DNA of 64,000 nucleotides from Podarcis muralis (GCF_964188315.1 NC_135657.1:38564001-38628000), one strand, 5' to 3'; counted from the stretch's first letter, positions 36,311 through 47,710 are shown. Notes: generated from the sequence alone by a model not told the origin. Translations and numbers: made by a program.

Positions 36311-37349
36311 CCCCGCCTCATTTCTTTATTTTCTCATCACAACCCAGCAGGATTCTGCTTCCTTCTTGGGTGAAATCCTGCTGTTTGGGGGGGGGGGGAG
36401 AAAAGAAGCGAAGCAGTGATCTCTCTGCAACATCAACCTGTCAGCGTGATGATTGAATATTTTCAGCGAGGGCTGCGAATCTGTCTTGCCAGCCTTTGAC
36501 TGATAAGCAATTATCACGTCCTCCTCCGCCTTTTTAGCAGCCTTGTGACAGCTGAAGATTCAACAGGTGAAGCTTTCCCCGAGCTGCAGAAAGCTATGAC
36601 TGTTGAATGTCTGCCTGTTCCATGTCTGCTAAAGAAAGAGGAGGGCTTTCTGGGGCCAAAACGGGGCATCCCTATTCACCCCCCCGCCCCCCATAGCAGC
36701 TGTGCAGAGTGTCCAGCCCTGGTCTCTTTATAGCAGAAAGGGGAACCTGTGACCCTCCAGAGATTGGGAGACTGCAACTCCCAGCACGACTGACAATTGG
36801 TCATGCTGGCTGGGACTGATGGGAGTTGGAGTCCTGCAACAGCTGGCAGGCCATAGGTTAGGCCTCCCCCCCCTTATATTGAGGGGCTTTTAAAAAAATA
36901 AAAAAATGAGTGCAATGGTCTTTACTAGGGATGAGGATCTCAGTTCCTGCCTTATGCCTGATCTGGTTCTGACTCTTCCTTTCACGAAGTGTTTGTGTGT
37001 AGTATCCTCTGCACAGACACATCTTCAGAATCACTTAACACTGATTAATTACCACTTAACATAAACTAGTCATTGTTTGGTACGTGCAGTTCATAGGCAG
37101 TTAAAGGATGGTTTCCCTTGCCTCTTCTCAAATGCATCTTTATGGATTTAGTGCAATTAGTAGCTGTGTGAGTAGGGAACCACTGGAAGTTTTTATTTAT
37201 TTTAAAAATGCAGTTGATAACAGAGAGCTAGAAGAATCAGGAACAACAATAAAAACAAATAAACTGCAATAGTAGGTGAATGACGAAAGCAAACCAAACA
37301 CCTGGAGATGTTTGCTTGGAACTTACTTCCATGTAAATACATAAAACCC

Positions 37350-37667
37350 TATCCCTGGCCTGGCAATGCCTACGCTGCTTGGTCATATCTACCAAATGGA
37401 AGATGGCAGGATCCCCAAGGATGTGTCTCTACAAGGAACTGGCTTCAGGCACCAGACCCATTGGCAGACCAACTCTGTGTTGCAAATATGTGTTGCAAAC
37501 GTGACATGAAGGCTGGCAACGTTAACCCCGGTGTGTGGGAATCGCCATGTGGGAATCCCTTCCAGACGACCATAAGTATCTGGAGACAGGCAGGCAGGTT
37601 GAGTATCTACAGCAGTGGCAAGAGGAGGAATGACTGTTGGGAGGAGCACAGAAAGAATAAATGCTGT
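37350..37667 (+). mobile_element. RTE LINE 3' fragment, left part
   Basis: Frameshifted translation ...MEDGRIPKDV...CKRDMKAGNVNPGVWES...WEEHRKNKCC, the RTE post-RT region. Confidence 0.8.
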
Positions 37668-37742
37668 GAGAGCCAGTGTGGTGTAGTGGTTGAGAGCGGT
37701 AGACTCGCATCCCCACTCCTCCACATACAGCTGCTGGGTGAC

Positions 37743-38196
37743 ACAAGACACAAGAACTACCCACGCTGGAAGAATGGCAGACGAAGGTGATTGACTATAT
37801 GGGACTGGCGGAGATGACTGGCAGAATCCGTGACCAGGGGAAAGAGACAGTGGAAGAAGACTGGAAGAAATTTAAAATATATCTTAAAAATTGTTGTAAA
37901 ATTGAGGAGTGTTAAGATGTCAAGGAGTTGGCAAATAGAGAATTGCAGCTGTAATCAATAAGTTAAAGAAGAACTTAAAAGAAATTGAATTGAATAATTA
38001 GTTAATTGGAGGAGTTGCTGAAGAAATGTAAAACAAGGATGCAGAAAAGGGGAGGTATGGGGAAGTCCGGGAAGTAAGGTGTATGAAAATAAGATTATGA
38101 AGTTATACATGTTTATATGTTTGTATGTCTGTGTATTGTGTATTGTTTGTTTTTATTTTGTGTTTGGAAAACCAATAAAAATTTATTAAAAAAAAA
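37743..38196 (+). mobile_element. L1-like LINE 3' fragment with polyA
   Basis: Translation PTLEEWQTKVIDYMGLAEMTGRIRDQGKETVEEDWKKFKIYL* resembles an L1 ORF2 C-terminus. 3'UTR, AATAAA and an A-tail follow. Flanked by 93-bp direct repeats. Confidence 0.75.
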
Positions 38197-38217
38197 CCCA
38201 GAAGGAATAAATGCTGT

Positions 38218-38436
38218 GAGAGCCAGTGTGGTGTAGTGGTTGAGAGCGGTAGACTCGCATCCCCACTCCTCCACATACAGCTGCTGGGTGACCTTGGGCT
38301 AGTCACACTTCTCTGAAGTCTCTCAGCCTCACTCACCTCACAGAGTGTGGGGGAGAAGGGAAAGGAGATTGTTAGCCGCTTTGAGAGTCCTTAGGGTAGT
38401 GATAAAGCGGGATATTAAATCCAAACTCGTCTTCTT
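38218..38436 (+). mobile_element. Squam3-like tRNA-derived SINE (B-box segment apparently deleted)
   Basis: GAGAGCCAGTGTGGTGTAGTGGTT head, GCTGGGTGACCTTGGGCTAGTCAC core, (CTT)n tail. The 5' 75 bp are duplicated at 37668-37742. Confidence 0.8.
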
Positions 38437-38615
38437 CTGTGGTGTATCTGCAACAGCACAAACAGAAGCCTTCATCTGCCCCAGCTGCAGCAAAACATGT
38501 CTCTCTCTTATTGGTCTTTACAGCCACAGCAGGCGCTGTAACTCTTCAACAGTTTGACTTCGCCCCCAAAGGTGCACCCTTCCACTGTCTCCCAAGACAG
38601 GTGGATGCCAACCAC
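38437..38615 (+). mobile_element. RTE LINE 3' fragment, right part
   Basis: Continues the 37350-37667 reading: GVSATAQTEAFICPSCSKTCLSLIGLYSHSRRCN*, a C-terminal zinc-finger-like motif. Ends GGATGCCAAC. Confidence 0.8.
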
Positions 38616-38999
38616 ATTGAAAGCCAAGAAAAAAAGGACTCAATCCAGGGAGAGAGTTCTCTTATCTTGGCATCACTGTCAAGGAAGCTCTGCCAAACAT
38701 CCCAGTCAGCCAAGTCTCTGAAGGCAGAATGACACACAGCAAGGCCTTCAGTGATGGATGCACTCAATAGGTAGACTGAGAGGACAGGAGACTGTCTTGC
38801 AAGTAACCTGCTCCTATAGCTAGATGATCAGTTAATCAGGAACAATGGAGTCAAATAACTTACATGCACCCTGATTCCAGCATTATGAAAGAGCCTCTTC
38901 TGACAGTAGATTTGGGCTGCCACCCAACATGTTGATCATTTCAGTGATTATAATCCCACCTCTCTGCATCTGTGGGCACCATTTACTTAGGCACTCAGA

Positions 39000-39346
39000 C
39001 ATAGGCGCCGACTCCATGGGGCTTGAGGGGGCCCGAGCCCCCTCAAAAATTCGTTTGGGGGGGCTCTGCCCCCCCAATAATCTCCGGCGCCCCTCCAGCA
39101 GAGCGCCATCGCCGCCCCTCCCCCAGCCCAAAATGCACAGGGAGGGGCGGGCTGCATGCCTCCTGCCCTCCCTCCCAAGCAAAAGCTCCACCCAATTTCC
39201 TTTGGAGCTGATTAATAGGCGCAGCACGCTCTCCCCTATTCGCTCACGAGGAGGCGGCGCCACTTTATTTGCATATTCATGAGCTTATTTATTATTCATG
39301 AGCTTTCCCGGGCCCCCCCAATATTTTTTATAAGTCCGCGTCCCTG
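39000..39346. mobile_element. hAT MITE
   Basis: Ends CATAGGCGCCGAC / GTCCGCGTCCCTG; perfect 8-bp TSD CACTCAGA (38992-38999, 39347-39354). Confidence 0.88.
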
Positions 39347-39759
39347 CACTCAGATGTCTAGCATATGCATGTGCACTGACCGATTAACCTTTATCTTTTT
39401 TGTGATTAAAAAACAACAACTCCAAAGGCTTCTAAAACTTTAAAGGGAATGAAGTATGTGCATACAGCTGGCATTTGAAAAGAAGGGAATTTGTGGCATC
39501 ACGTAACTCTTGTTGCGGTGGACAGGAGAGATCAGGGTTCCTGGACAGGTTTATCAGTCTTCCGACACCAAGCATGCCTGTCTTGAGACTAAAGCTGCTT
39601 CCAGATGCCTTGATTATTGAGCATTCATCCTGATTTTTTGTGGGGAGGTCAGGGGAGATTGTGTCAAGCAAATATTGTCCCACAATTTTCCCATACTGTT
39701 CCCTGTCACTTTCCTTATTGCAAGATGACTGGGGTTTGGGGGGGGGAGGTGGGTTAGTA

Positions 39760-40001
39760 CAGTGGTACCTCGGGTTACAGATGCCTCAGGTTACAGACGC
39801 TTCAGGTTACAGACTCCACTAACCCAGAAATAGTACCTCGGGTTAATAACTTTGCTTCAGGATGAGAACAGAAATCACATGGCGGTGGCGCGGCAGCAGT
39901 GGGAGGCCCCATTAGCTAAAGTGGTACTTCAGGTTAAGAACAGTATCAGGTTAAGAACGGACTTCCATAACGAATTAAGTTCTTAACCTGAGGTACCACT
40001 G
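39760..40001. mobile_element. Tc1/mariner MITE (TIR CAGTGGTACCTC), copy 1
   Basis: TIRs CAGTGGTACCTCGGGTT / AACCTGAGGTACCACTG, TA on both sides. Confidence 0.92.
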
Positions 40002-40761
40002 TAGTGAAAGAGCTCCAAATCAACATTAACTGTGTGACTTGAATTTGTCCGTATGTCATTAAATCCCACCTGAAAAGAGCAACAGTCTGAACAAGAAATG
40101 CCCTGATGTAACCATTCCACCATTAACAGAGTTTGGGGAGTGACCTTATTTATTGCTGCTAATAATTGATCTGGAATTTTAAACAAGTGCAAAATTGCTT
40201 TACAATCTGTAATGTGTCTCTGCTCACTGTAACTGTTCCCCTTTTATAGATGGGGAACTGAGGCCAAGAGATTTGCTCACTACCGCAAAACAAACTCATG
40301 CCACAAAGTTTTCCTAGGTCCGTTCCATCTACTCCACCATGCTGGCTCTGGAAAGCTGATTTTCAAATTCCCCACTTTCGTTTGCTATGCTCTTAGTACT
40401 AAAATGGCCAGTTATCACCTTTCCCAACAAGCTGTAAATCTCCAGTCACTGGTTTCCCACTAATTCAGTTCACAGGGCCATGCAGGAGTAATAAAACCTG
40501 CACAGAAGACATCTGGCTGACTTGGCCGTTTTGCACTGGGCGTTTGGTTTTCCTTGTCTGCTGGGTGGTCCATGGCAGGAAGATTCTGCAGAGAACAAAG
40601 CTCCTGAAGCAGCAGCAGCGGCAGGGAGCTTGTTTCTTGGTAGAACACTTTGTAGTTGAGATGCGGCATCCAGACCTGTGCTGTGATGATGGCCGAAGAA
40701 TGCTCTTGCTAAATATGGTGATTCTGTTTCAAGTGTCACTGGTAGGAGTCTTCCTGGGCTT

Positions 40762-40945
40762 GAAGGGCCCTAGCTCACTTGTAGAGCATCTGCTATCCAA
40801 GCAGAAGGTCCAGGCTCAATTGCTGGCATCCCAGGTAGGGCTGGGGAAAACACCTGTCTGAGACCCTGGAGAGTCACTTCCAGCCAGTGAAGACAACACG
40901 GAGCTATATGGTCTGACTCAGTGGAAGGGACCTTCTTATGTTGCT
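40762..40945 (+). mobile_element. tRNA-derived SINE (family of 29018)
   Basis: AGAGCATCTGCT...AGAAGGTCCAGG...CCCTGGAGAG...GGTCTGACTCAG...CTTATGTT. Confidence 0.7.
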
Positions 40946-41519
40946 AACCCTTCTCAAGTGTGTTAGAACGAGTGATTCAAATACACATTTTCTGCACTCT
41001 GAGGCATTTGTTTACAGGGCAGGTGAAGTAACCTCTATGTTCAAACCACATGTCCACCACACCTAGACTATTTGTGTCTACATCCTGCGAAGAAACCAGA
41101 GACTCTGATGCCCCCAGAGGGATTCCTCTCCTATTTATCCCTTTTTCACTTAGAGAGCAGCAGCTCCCCATTTCCCAGCCTGGATTAAGAGCTATCACAA
41201 CAATCCTCCACAACGCTCTCTGAACACCACAAAAAAGACTCCCAGAAGGCAAATCCATGTCTGCCTCACTCCCAGGCACTCAGAAATGTTCTTTCATGAC
41301 GCAGAGACAATGTTCCCAGAGAGCCACTGCAGATACCCGCTCTCAGACTTGCTGCGGTGCAAAACTAATCTTTTCCCAAGTGGTGGTGAAAGCAGTCAGT
41401 TATGGCATGGGCAACCTCACGCTCTTCAGAAGAGCAGAGCAGAAAGGAAATGTGTAAAATCAATAATTGGCATTTTAGTTGCAAGTGCTGCTTGCTGCTG
41501 CACTCAATTGGCCTTCCTC

Positions 41520-41700
41520 TAATCTTTTCTACAGCCCACTAAAGAAAGTGAGAATGGTTGTTCCCATTTTCAAGATGGGAAGACTGAGGCTGCAAGGGAG
41601 TGACTTTCCAGTGACCACTTGGCGAGTTGGTGGCAGAGATGAGATTTAAACTGGAGTTTTCCTTATTTGCAGTTCAGTCTGTGCAGGGCTACACTAGCTC
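41520..41700 (-). mobile_element. MIR-like SINE remnant
   Basis: CCCATTTTCAAGATGGGAAGACTGAGGCT...GTGACTTTCC...GGCAGAGATGAGATTTAAAC. Confidence 0.55.
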
Positions 41701-42078
41701 ACTTGCTTTTGCTGCCACTACAATGATATTCCCACATTGCAGCACTGTTTCCCTTAGGGGTAACTGCCATCTATTAACATCTGTAGAAAATTTATGTATG
41801 CATGTATGTATGTATGTAGTCAGGGACATTCCTGTAATGGTACTGGGACCACAATTCTTTGTAGGAGCAGGTTCTACCATTTCTCTTTACATTGTCTCAT
41901 GTTGCCTATATGGTAACAAGCAGAGGACTTGTCCCTCAAGTCAATTGTAAATGGGCTTCTTAGGTGGGATGGGATACTGTTGGGCTAGGCTGGAATAAAA
42001 TTGATACTGACCCAATGGAAGCTTCTGTCCCTGGACAATAATAGTACCAATAGTGGTGGTGATAATTTTCTTTGGGAA

Positions 42079-42080
<2 letters not shown>

Positions 42081-42121
<41 letters not shown>
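42081..42121. repeat. (GT)n microsatellite
   Basis: About 20 GT units. Confidence 0.97.
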
Positions 42122-42123
<2 letters not shown>

Positions 42124-42234
42124 GCCTTCCCCTGTGTTATGGTCCCAATCAGCACCCTGCTTCCCTTCTGCCTACTATTTTGGGCAAAAGAAGATGTCAG
42201 GAACAAGATCCAGACCTAAACAGTACAGTGGTAC

Positions 42235-42356
42235 AGATAGGTAGCCGTGTTGGTCTGCCATAGTCAAAACAAAAAAAATTCCTTCCAGTAGCACCTTAAA
42301 GACCAACTACGTTAGTTCTTGGTATGAGCTTTCGTGTGCATGCACACTTCTTCAGA
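42235..42356 (-). mobile_element. Penelope-like element terminal fragment (hammerhead family A) inserted in a mariner MITE TIR
   Basis: 11-bp duplication TACAGTGGTAC (42224-42234, 42357-42367); homologous to 33020-33127. Confidence 0.8.
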
Positions 42357-42359
42357 TAC
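42322..42359 (-). ncRNA. Minimal type I hammerhead ribozyme motif
   Basis: Minus strand GTAT-CTGAAGA-A-GTGTG-CATG-CACAC-GAAA-G-C-TC-ATAC: core CUGANGA and GAAA, 5-bp stem II, palindromic AGCU stem III, CUC cleavage triplet, 4-bp stem I (GUAU/AUAC). Activity untested. Confidence 0.75.
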
Positions 42360-42587
42360 AGTGGTACCTCAGGTTACAGACGCTTCAGGTTACAGACTCC
42401 GCTAACCCAGAAATAGTACCTCGGGTTAAGAACTTTGCTTCAGGATGAGAACAGAAATCGTGCTCTGGCGGCAATGCAGCAGCAGTGGGAGGCCCCATTA
42501 GCTAAAGTGGTACCTCAGGTTAAGAACAGTTTCAGGTTAAGAACGGACCTCCAGAACGAATTAAGTACTTAACCTGAGGTACCACTG
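42359..42587. mobile_element. Tc1/mariner MITE, copy 2
   Basis: Same TIRs as 39760; TA at 42588-42589; the left end is duplicated by the Penelope-like insertion. Confidence 0.9.
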
Positions 42588-43095
42588 TACATTTAAATCA
42601 CACGGCTCCCCGCAAAGAATCTTGGGGACTGTAGTTTATCCCTCAGAGACCTATGCAGTTTGGCCCAAAGTTTCCTTTTTTGGAGGGATTTTATTTTAAT
42701 GGAAGTGCATTCAGTGGTGTGAAGCCCTGCCTAAAGTGAGTTCTCGCCACCTCAGCGAAAATTTGTGAGTTGTTTTGGGTCACTTTTGTGAGGAAAGTGG
42801 CTAATTTGTAATTCCTCCTCCTAAGTGCAGCTTTCAGCAGGTCTCTCCTCTTATTCATGTGTTTGCAGTGTCAATTTCTTTCAAACGTGTACAAGTGTAC
42901 AAGACCATCTGATGAGACAGGCTAAATTCACAGTCTCTTCGTTGCCTTGGAAAGGACGACTTCCACATGCCCTCTGCCAAAAGCCTGACACGACTCATGT
43001 GATCTGAGTGCCTTAGGACAGAGGGAACAGGGATGATGTCCCAGCAGGTAAAATTGTTGCTCAGAGCAAGAGCCAGATGGATATAAGGAGCCACC

Positions 43096-43098
<3 letters not shown>

Positions 43099-43138
<40 letters not shown>
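43099..43138. repeat. (AG)n microsatellite
   Basis: About 20 AG units. Confidence 0.97.
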
Positions 43139-43141
<3 letters not shown>

Positions 43142-43993
43142 TTCCAGCAGACCATCCATATGACCAAAGAGACACTCACAGCAAAATGTTTCATCTACCA
43201 TATTCCATAGCCAAGGCAACCTTAACAAAGAACATTTCCCTTCAGACTTTTCTGTGCTGCAGCTGGGTCTGAAGGTTTCCTCCCTCCCTCCTCTCTTTTT
43301 ATAATAATTATGTCATTATTCCACCCCCCTTTTCATTCAGAGAAAAGAGAGGAGAGGTGATGCCAATGCAAAAGAATGGGCATTTAAACAGAACTAGATT
43401 GAACAAGCAGTGTGTGCCCAGAACAAGAAGTCTTTTTACATTGCATATGAACTTATACATGGCTCCATTCAGCATACACCCCCCCCCCCCGGTTTGAGCT
43501 CTACGCAGAAAATCAGGCATTCACAGCCCTGGGACTTACATCACTGACATTTCCACATTTTCATACTCAGCCTTCCCTGAGTTTTAGTTAAAAGAATCTA
43601 AAACACAGCTGTGAAAACATCAGCTGATTTGTTACAGGCAAAGGATATTCCATTTTTAATTGTTTAAAATTTGATTATCGTTGAATATTCCTAGGACATG
43701 GGTATATATGATATGTATGCATGCATGTGCATTTTCCAGAACAATCTGGCTTTGTTGCCACCACCTCATAGCTCTCTCTCTCTCTCCCTCGGAATGAAAA
43801 AAAGGAAAGCAATTATGGCATTCTTAGGAAGCCAACCCTTCATTGCACTGATGTTTGTCAAAAGACGTGCACCAGATCTGTGTCCATATCACCTGTGTGC
43901 GTGATATCTACCTGTGTGTACTCCAAATAGCAGCTGTCTGGCTCCATAAGTTCATATCCCATTAAAGATTCTGCAAAAGCCTCAGGGACATTA

Positions 43994-44235
43994 CAGTGGT
44001 ACCCTGGGTTACATACACTTCAGGTTACAGACGCTTCAGGTTACAGACTCCGCTAACCCAGAAATAGTACCTTGGGTTAAGAACTTTGCTTCAGGATGAG
44101 AACGGAAATCGTGCAGTGGCGGCGCAGTGGCAGCAGGAGGCCCCATTAGCTAAAGTGGTGCTTCAGGTTAAGAACAGTTTCAGGTTAAGAACGGACCTCC
44201 GGAACGAATTAAGTACTTAACCCGAGGTACCACTG
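43994..44235. mobile_element. Tc1/mariner MITE, copy 3
   Basis: Same TIRs, TA on both sides. Confidence 0.92.
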
Positions 44236-44319
44236 TATTGTGAAGCCCCTAATGCAATTAGATTAGAGGACAAGATCCTTCTTAAGCATGAAGCCAAGCG
44301 GGTGCAGTCAGATGAATTC

Positions 44320-44572
44320 ACGTTGCTCTGGATAGCAGGACTAGAACGAATGGGAGGACGCTGCAGGGAAATGGGTATTGGCTAAATATTAAGAGAACAT
44401 TCCTAACAGTAGGAACTGAGTACCTTGGGAAGTGAGAGCTCTCCTTCCCTGAAGCATTTGAGCAGAAACTGGGAAGTCTTCTGTTAGGGATGCTGCCGTT
44501 TCATCCTAGATCCTGCACTGAACAGGAGTTTGGACTAGATGGTCTCCGGTGTACCTCCCAGATGTGTGATAG
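44320..44572 (+). mobile_element. Old CR1 3' fragment
   Basis: GCAGGACTAGAACGAATGGG...TTCCTAACAGTAG...CCTTCCCTGAAG...GGACTAGATGGTCTCC. Confidence 0.65.
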
Positions 44573-45161
44573 AAATCAATCTTGAGGCAAAGCACATCAG
44601 ACAGAATCAAAAACATGTATGAGGAACGGAAAGACGCAACAGTGTCACAGTATGGAGAGAAAACTTAACACCGATCACTCCCGCTTGCAACCAAACTTCA
44701 GCCTGCCAAGGTAGCAAGCCACAGCTCCTGGCACTGTTCTGCCTTACATTGCAAATCAAGAATTGCTTTGTTGCAAAGTTCTGCTTCTTTTTCAAAGTAG
44801 CCACTGCAGGTGACAATTCTGGGAGCCCTCTATGTAGCAACAGAGAGCTGGAGAAATATTAATTAGGCTTCTTGAAGAGGAAAAGGGATTCTCCCACAAT
44901 TAGCATGCGAAGTGAATTAGCATTCTTTCCATTAGAAGCAAAGGGTTGTCTTAAACCAATCTTCTTGTCCCCATCCATACCAGGCAAAACCACATTCTTT
45001 TATCCAGGAAGCCTAAGATTATACAAGATTAGGTTTTTCTTGATCTCCCTTTCCATACTGATTGAATTGTTCCCCCTCGCGCTTTCCACCAAATCCTGTT
45101 TCATGACATCACAGGCGGTTCCCATGGAAATAAGGATAAGATCATTATTTATTTATTGTAG

Positions 45162-45164
<3 letters not shown>

Positions 45165-45203
<39 letters not shown>
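45165..45203. repeat. (AAT)n microsatellite
   Basis: 13 AAT units, probably the tail of a decayed L2-like element to its right. Confidence 0.95.
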
Positions 45204-45204
<1 letters not shown>

Positions 45205-45525
45205 TAGCAGCCTTCAATCGTATCCCCAGTTTACAAGAAAGAATAAAACAATTCATGTGTAAATGCAAACAAAACATAAAATGAAAAGGCCACACAATCA
45301 CAAAAGCAGCAAAGAACAGCCAGCAAGGTTAAAATCATATCTGAAAAGCTTGGGGAAATAAAAAGGCATTTGCCTGGAACCCAAGTCTCCTCACTGATTT
45401 CAACAGGTCTTAAAAGTGCTTACTGTTGTTGCTTAGATTAACAACCTTTAGATATTACTGCTAGTGTTAATGCTTAAGCAAAGCCCCCCCTCCAATACAG
45501 CCCTTTCCTGTTATTGTAATCTGTA

Positions 45526-45890
45526 AAAGGTAAAGGTAAAGGTACCCCTGCCCGTACGGGCCAGTCTTGACAGACTCTGGGGTTGTGCGCCCATCTCACT
45601 TAAGAGGCCAGGGGCCAGCGCTGTCCGGAGACACTTCCGGGTCACGTGGCCAGCGTGACAAAGCTGCATCTGGCGAGCCAGCGCAGCACACGGAAACGCC
45701 GTTTACCTTCCCGCCAGTAAGCGGTCCCTATTTATCTACTTGCACCTGGGGGTGCTTTTGAACTGCTAGGTTGGCAGGCGCTGGGACTGAGCAGTGGGAG
45801 CGCACCCCGCCGTGGGGATTCGAACCGCCGACCTTTCGATCGGCAAGCCCTAGGCGCTGAGGCTTTTACCCACAGCGCCACCCGCGTCCC
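45526..45890 (-). mobile_element. Sauria SINE, young
   Basis: Full length; perfect 15-bp TSD TTATTGTAATCTGTA (45511-45525, 45891-45905). Confidence 0.96.
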
Positions 45891-46268
45891 TTATTGTAAT
45901 CTGTAGCCTAGACTATATACATGCTGTTACAAAATACCTTGAATGCCCCACCTGCATTAGATCAATGACAGCATCATAGATGGGTGATTCTCCCAGGATG
46001 AATGGGGGCAACTTGTCCCAGAAGTCCCTTTGTCTAGTCTAGCAAGGAACGTCAGTTCTGGGGGTGAAATGTCTACGTGACCCTCAGGACTTTTCCCAGG
46101 CCACACCCCTCCTCAGGTTCAAGGCTACATTTATTGCCCCACCCACTTTTTGTTGGTGGCAAAGGAAAAAATAGGTATATAAAGGATGAATTCCTGGTAG
46201 CTCTGATTCAAGTTTGGGGCAAGTACCCCCACAGAACCACGAAATATGCAGTAAAGTAAAGTGTGGAA

Positions 46269-46630
46269 GGTGGGACGCGGGTGGCGCTGTGGGTAAAAGC
46301 CTCAGCGCCTAGGGTTTGCCGATCAAAAGGTCGGCAGTTCGAATCCCCGCAGCGGGGTGCGCTCCCGTTGTTCGGTCCCAGCACCTGCCAACCTAGCAGT
46401 TCGAAAGCACCCCCGGGTGCAAGTAGATAAATAGGGACCGCTTACTAGCGGGAAGGTAAACGGCGTTCCGTGTGCGGCTCTGGCTCGCCAGAACAGCGAT
46501 GTCACGCTGGCCACGTGACCCGGAAGTGTCTCCGGACAGCGCTGGCCCCCGGCCTCTTGAGTGAGATGGGCGCACAACCCTAGAGTCTGTCAAGACTGGC
46601 CCGTACGGGCAGGGGTACCTTTACCTTTTT
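46269..46630 (+). mobile_element. Sauria SINE, young
   Basis: Full length; 12-bp TSD TAAAGTGTGGAA (46257-46268, 46631-46642). Confidence 0.96.
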
Positions 46631-47559
46631 TAAAGTGTGGAAATATAGGCTGTTAGGTCTTTAAATGTGCCCTTGTGAGTTCCAAAAGTTCCTCTCTTTC
46701 CCTGGCATAGAAAAAGAGCACAGGTTTGGTAAGTTTAAAAAATGGTTTACTTACAAACTCTCCAAAGGTCAGATTCATGTGCTTTTCTATACAGCATTCA
46801 GAAAAGTTGCACAGGCAGTAAAACTTGGTTTAGTTGCAAAGTGGTGATAGTTCCTAAATTATTGGTATAGGAACTCAAGAGCCATTTGGTCTGAGCCTGC
46901 AGCTGAACTTCTAAGGTTCACTGGAGGGGAGCAAAAGTTTGATCGCCTAGTCCTTTCTCAGGTGAGCTAAGCCTGGCTTACTCTATGGTCTTAACCCCAT
47001 CATGCATTAATTAGACTGAAGCATGTTGGTTATATGAGGCTGGCTATCCCACACTTTTTGCCTCTGGTCCTGCCCACCCTGCCATGTGCCCTCTTCCCCC
47101 AGGAGTTGCCTGTGAGGGAATGCAGCTCATGGGCAGCCCTTGTCCTTGTTCCTGCCCTTTCCTTGTCCTCCTAACTTTTAGGGGATGTGTGTTGTCTTCT
47201 TTTTTCAATTTCTGTGAATGATGAACACAAGCACACAGGCAGAAATATCTCTCCAATGCCTGTCTTTGTCCCCTCTCATACAACTGTGTGCTTTTGGAGA
47301 GATTTCCAGGATCACATATTTAGAACTCAGCCCCAGAGAAAGACAGAGCAGCTGCTGCAGTTTTACCACTGACAAACGTGTCTCAGTTTCTGAGAATCTC
47401 CCTTCTCAGACACACATTTGCAGCTCAGCAGAGTTTAACTTTCTTGTGCCATTTCCCCCCTAATCAACCCTGAACCTGCCCCATGAGCACTGGCTGGGTG
47501 GTATAACTTTGCTATCCCAGCCTGGAATCTTGATTAGTGAAGGTTTAGAATGACTGTTA

Positions 47560-47710
47560 AGTTCAGTTGCAGATGACTCTGGGGTTGCGGAGCTCATCTC
47601 GCTTTTAAAGGCCAAGGGATCTGGCATTTGTCCGCAGACAGTTTTTCTGGGTCATGTGGCCAGCATGACTAAGCAGCTTCTGGCGCAACGGAACACTGAA
47701 ACCAGAGTAA
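47560..47710 (-). mobile_element. Old Sauria SINE fragment
   Basis: GACTCTGGGGTTGCGGAGCTCATCTCGC...GGGTCATGTGGCCAGCATGACT matches the SINE 3' half. Confidence 0.7.

Noticed and set aside
36976-37030. Hammerhead-like CTGAAGA...stem...GAAA on the minus strand
   Set aside because: Five extra bases separate the stem from GAAA, and neither stem I nor stem III pairs.
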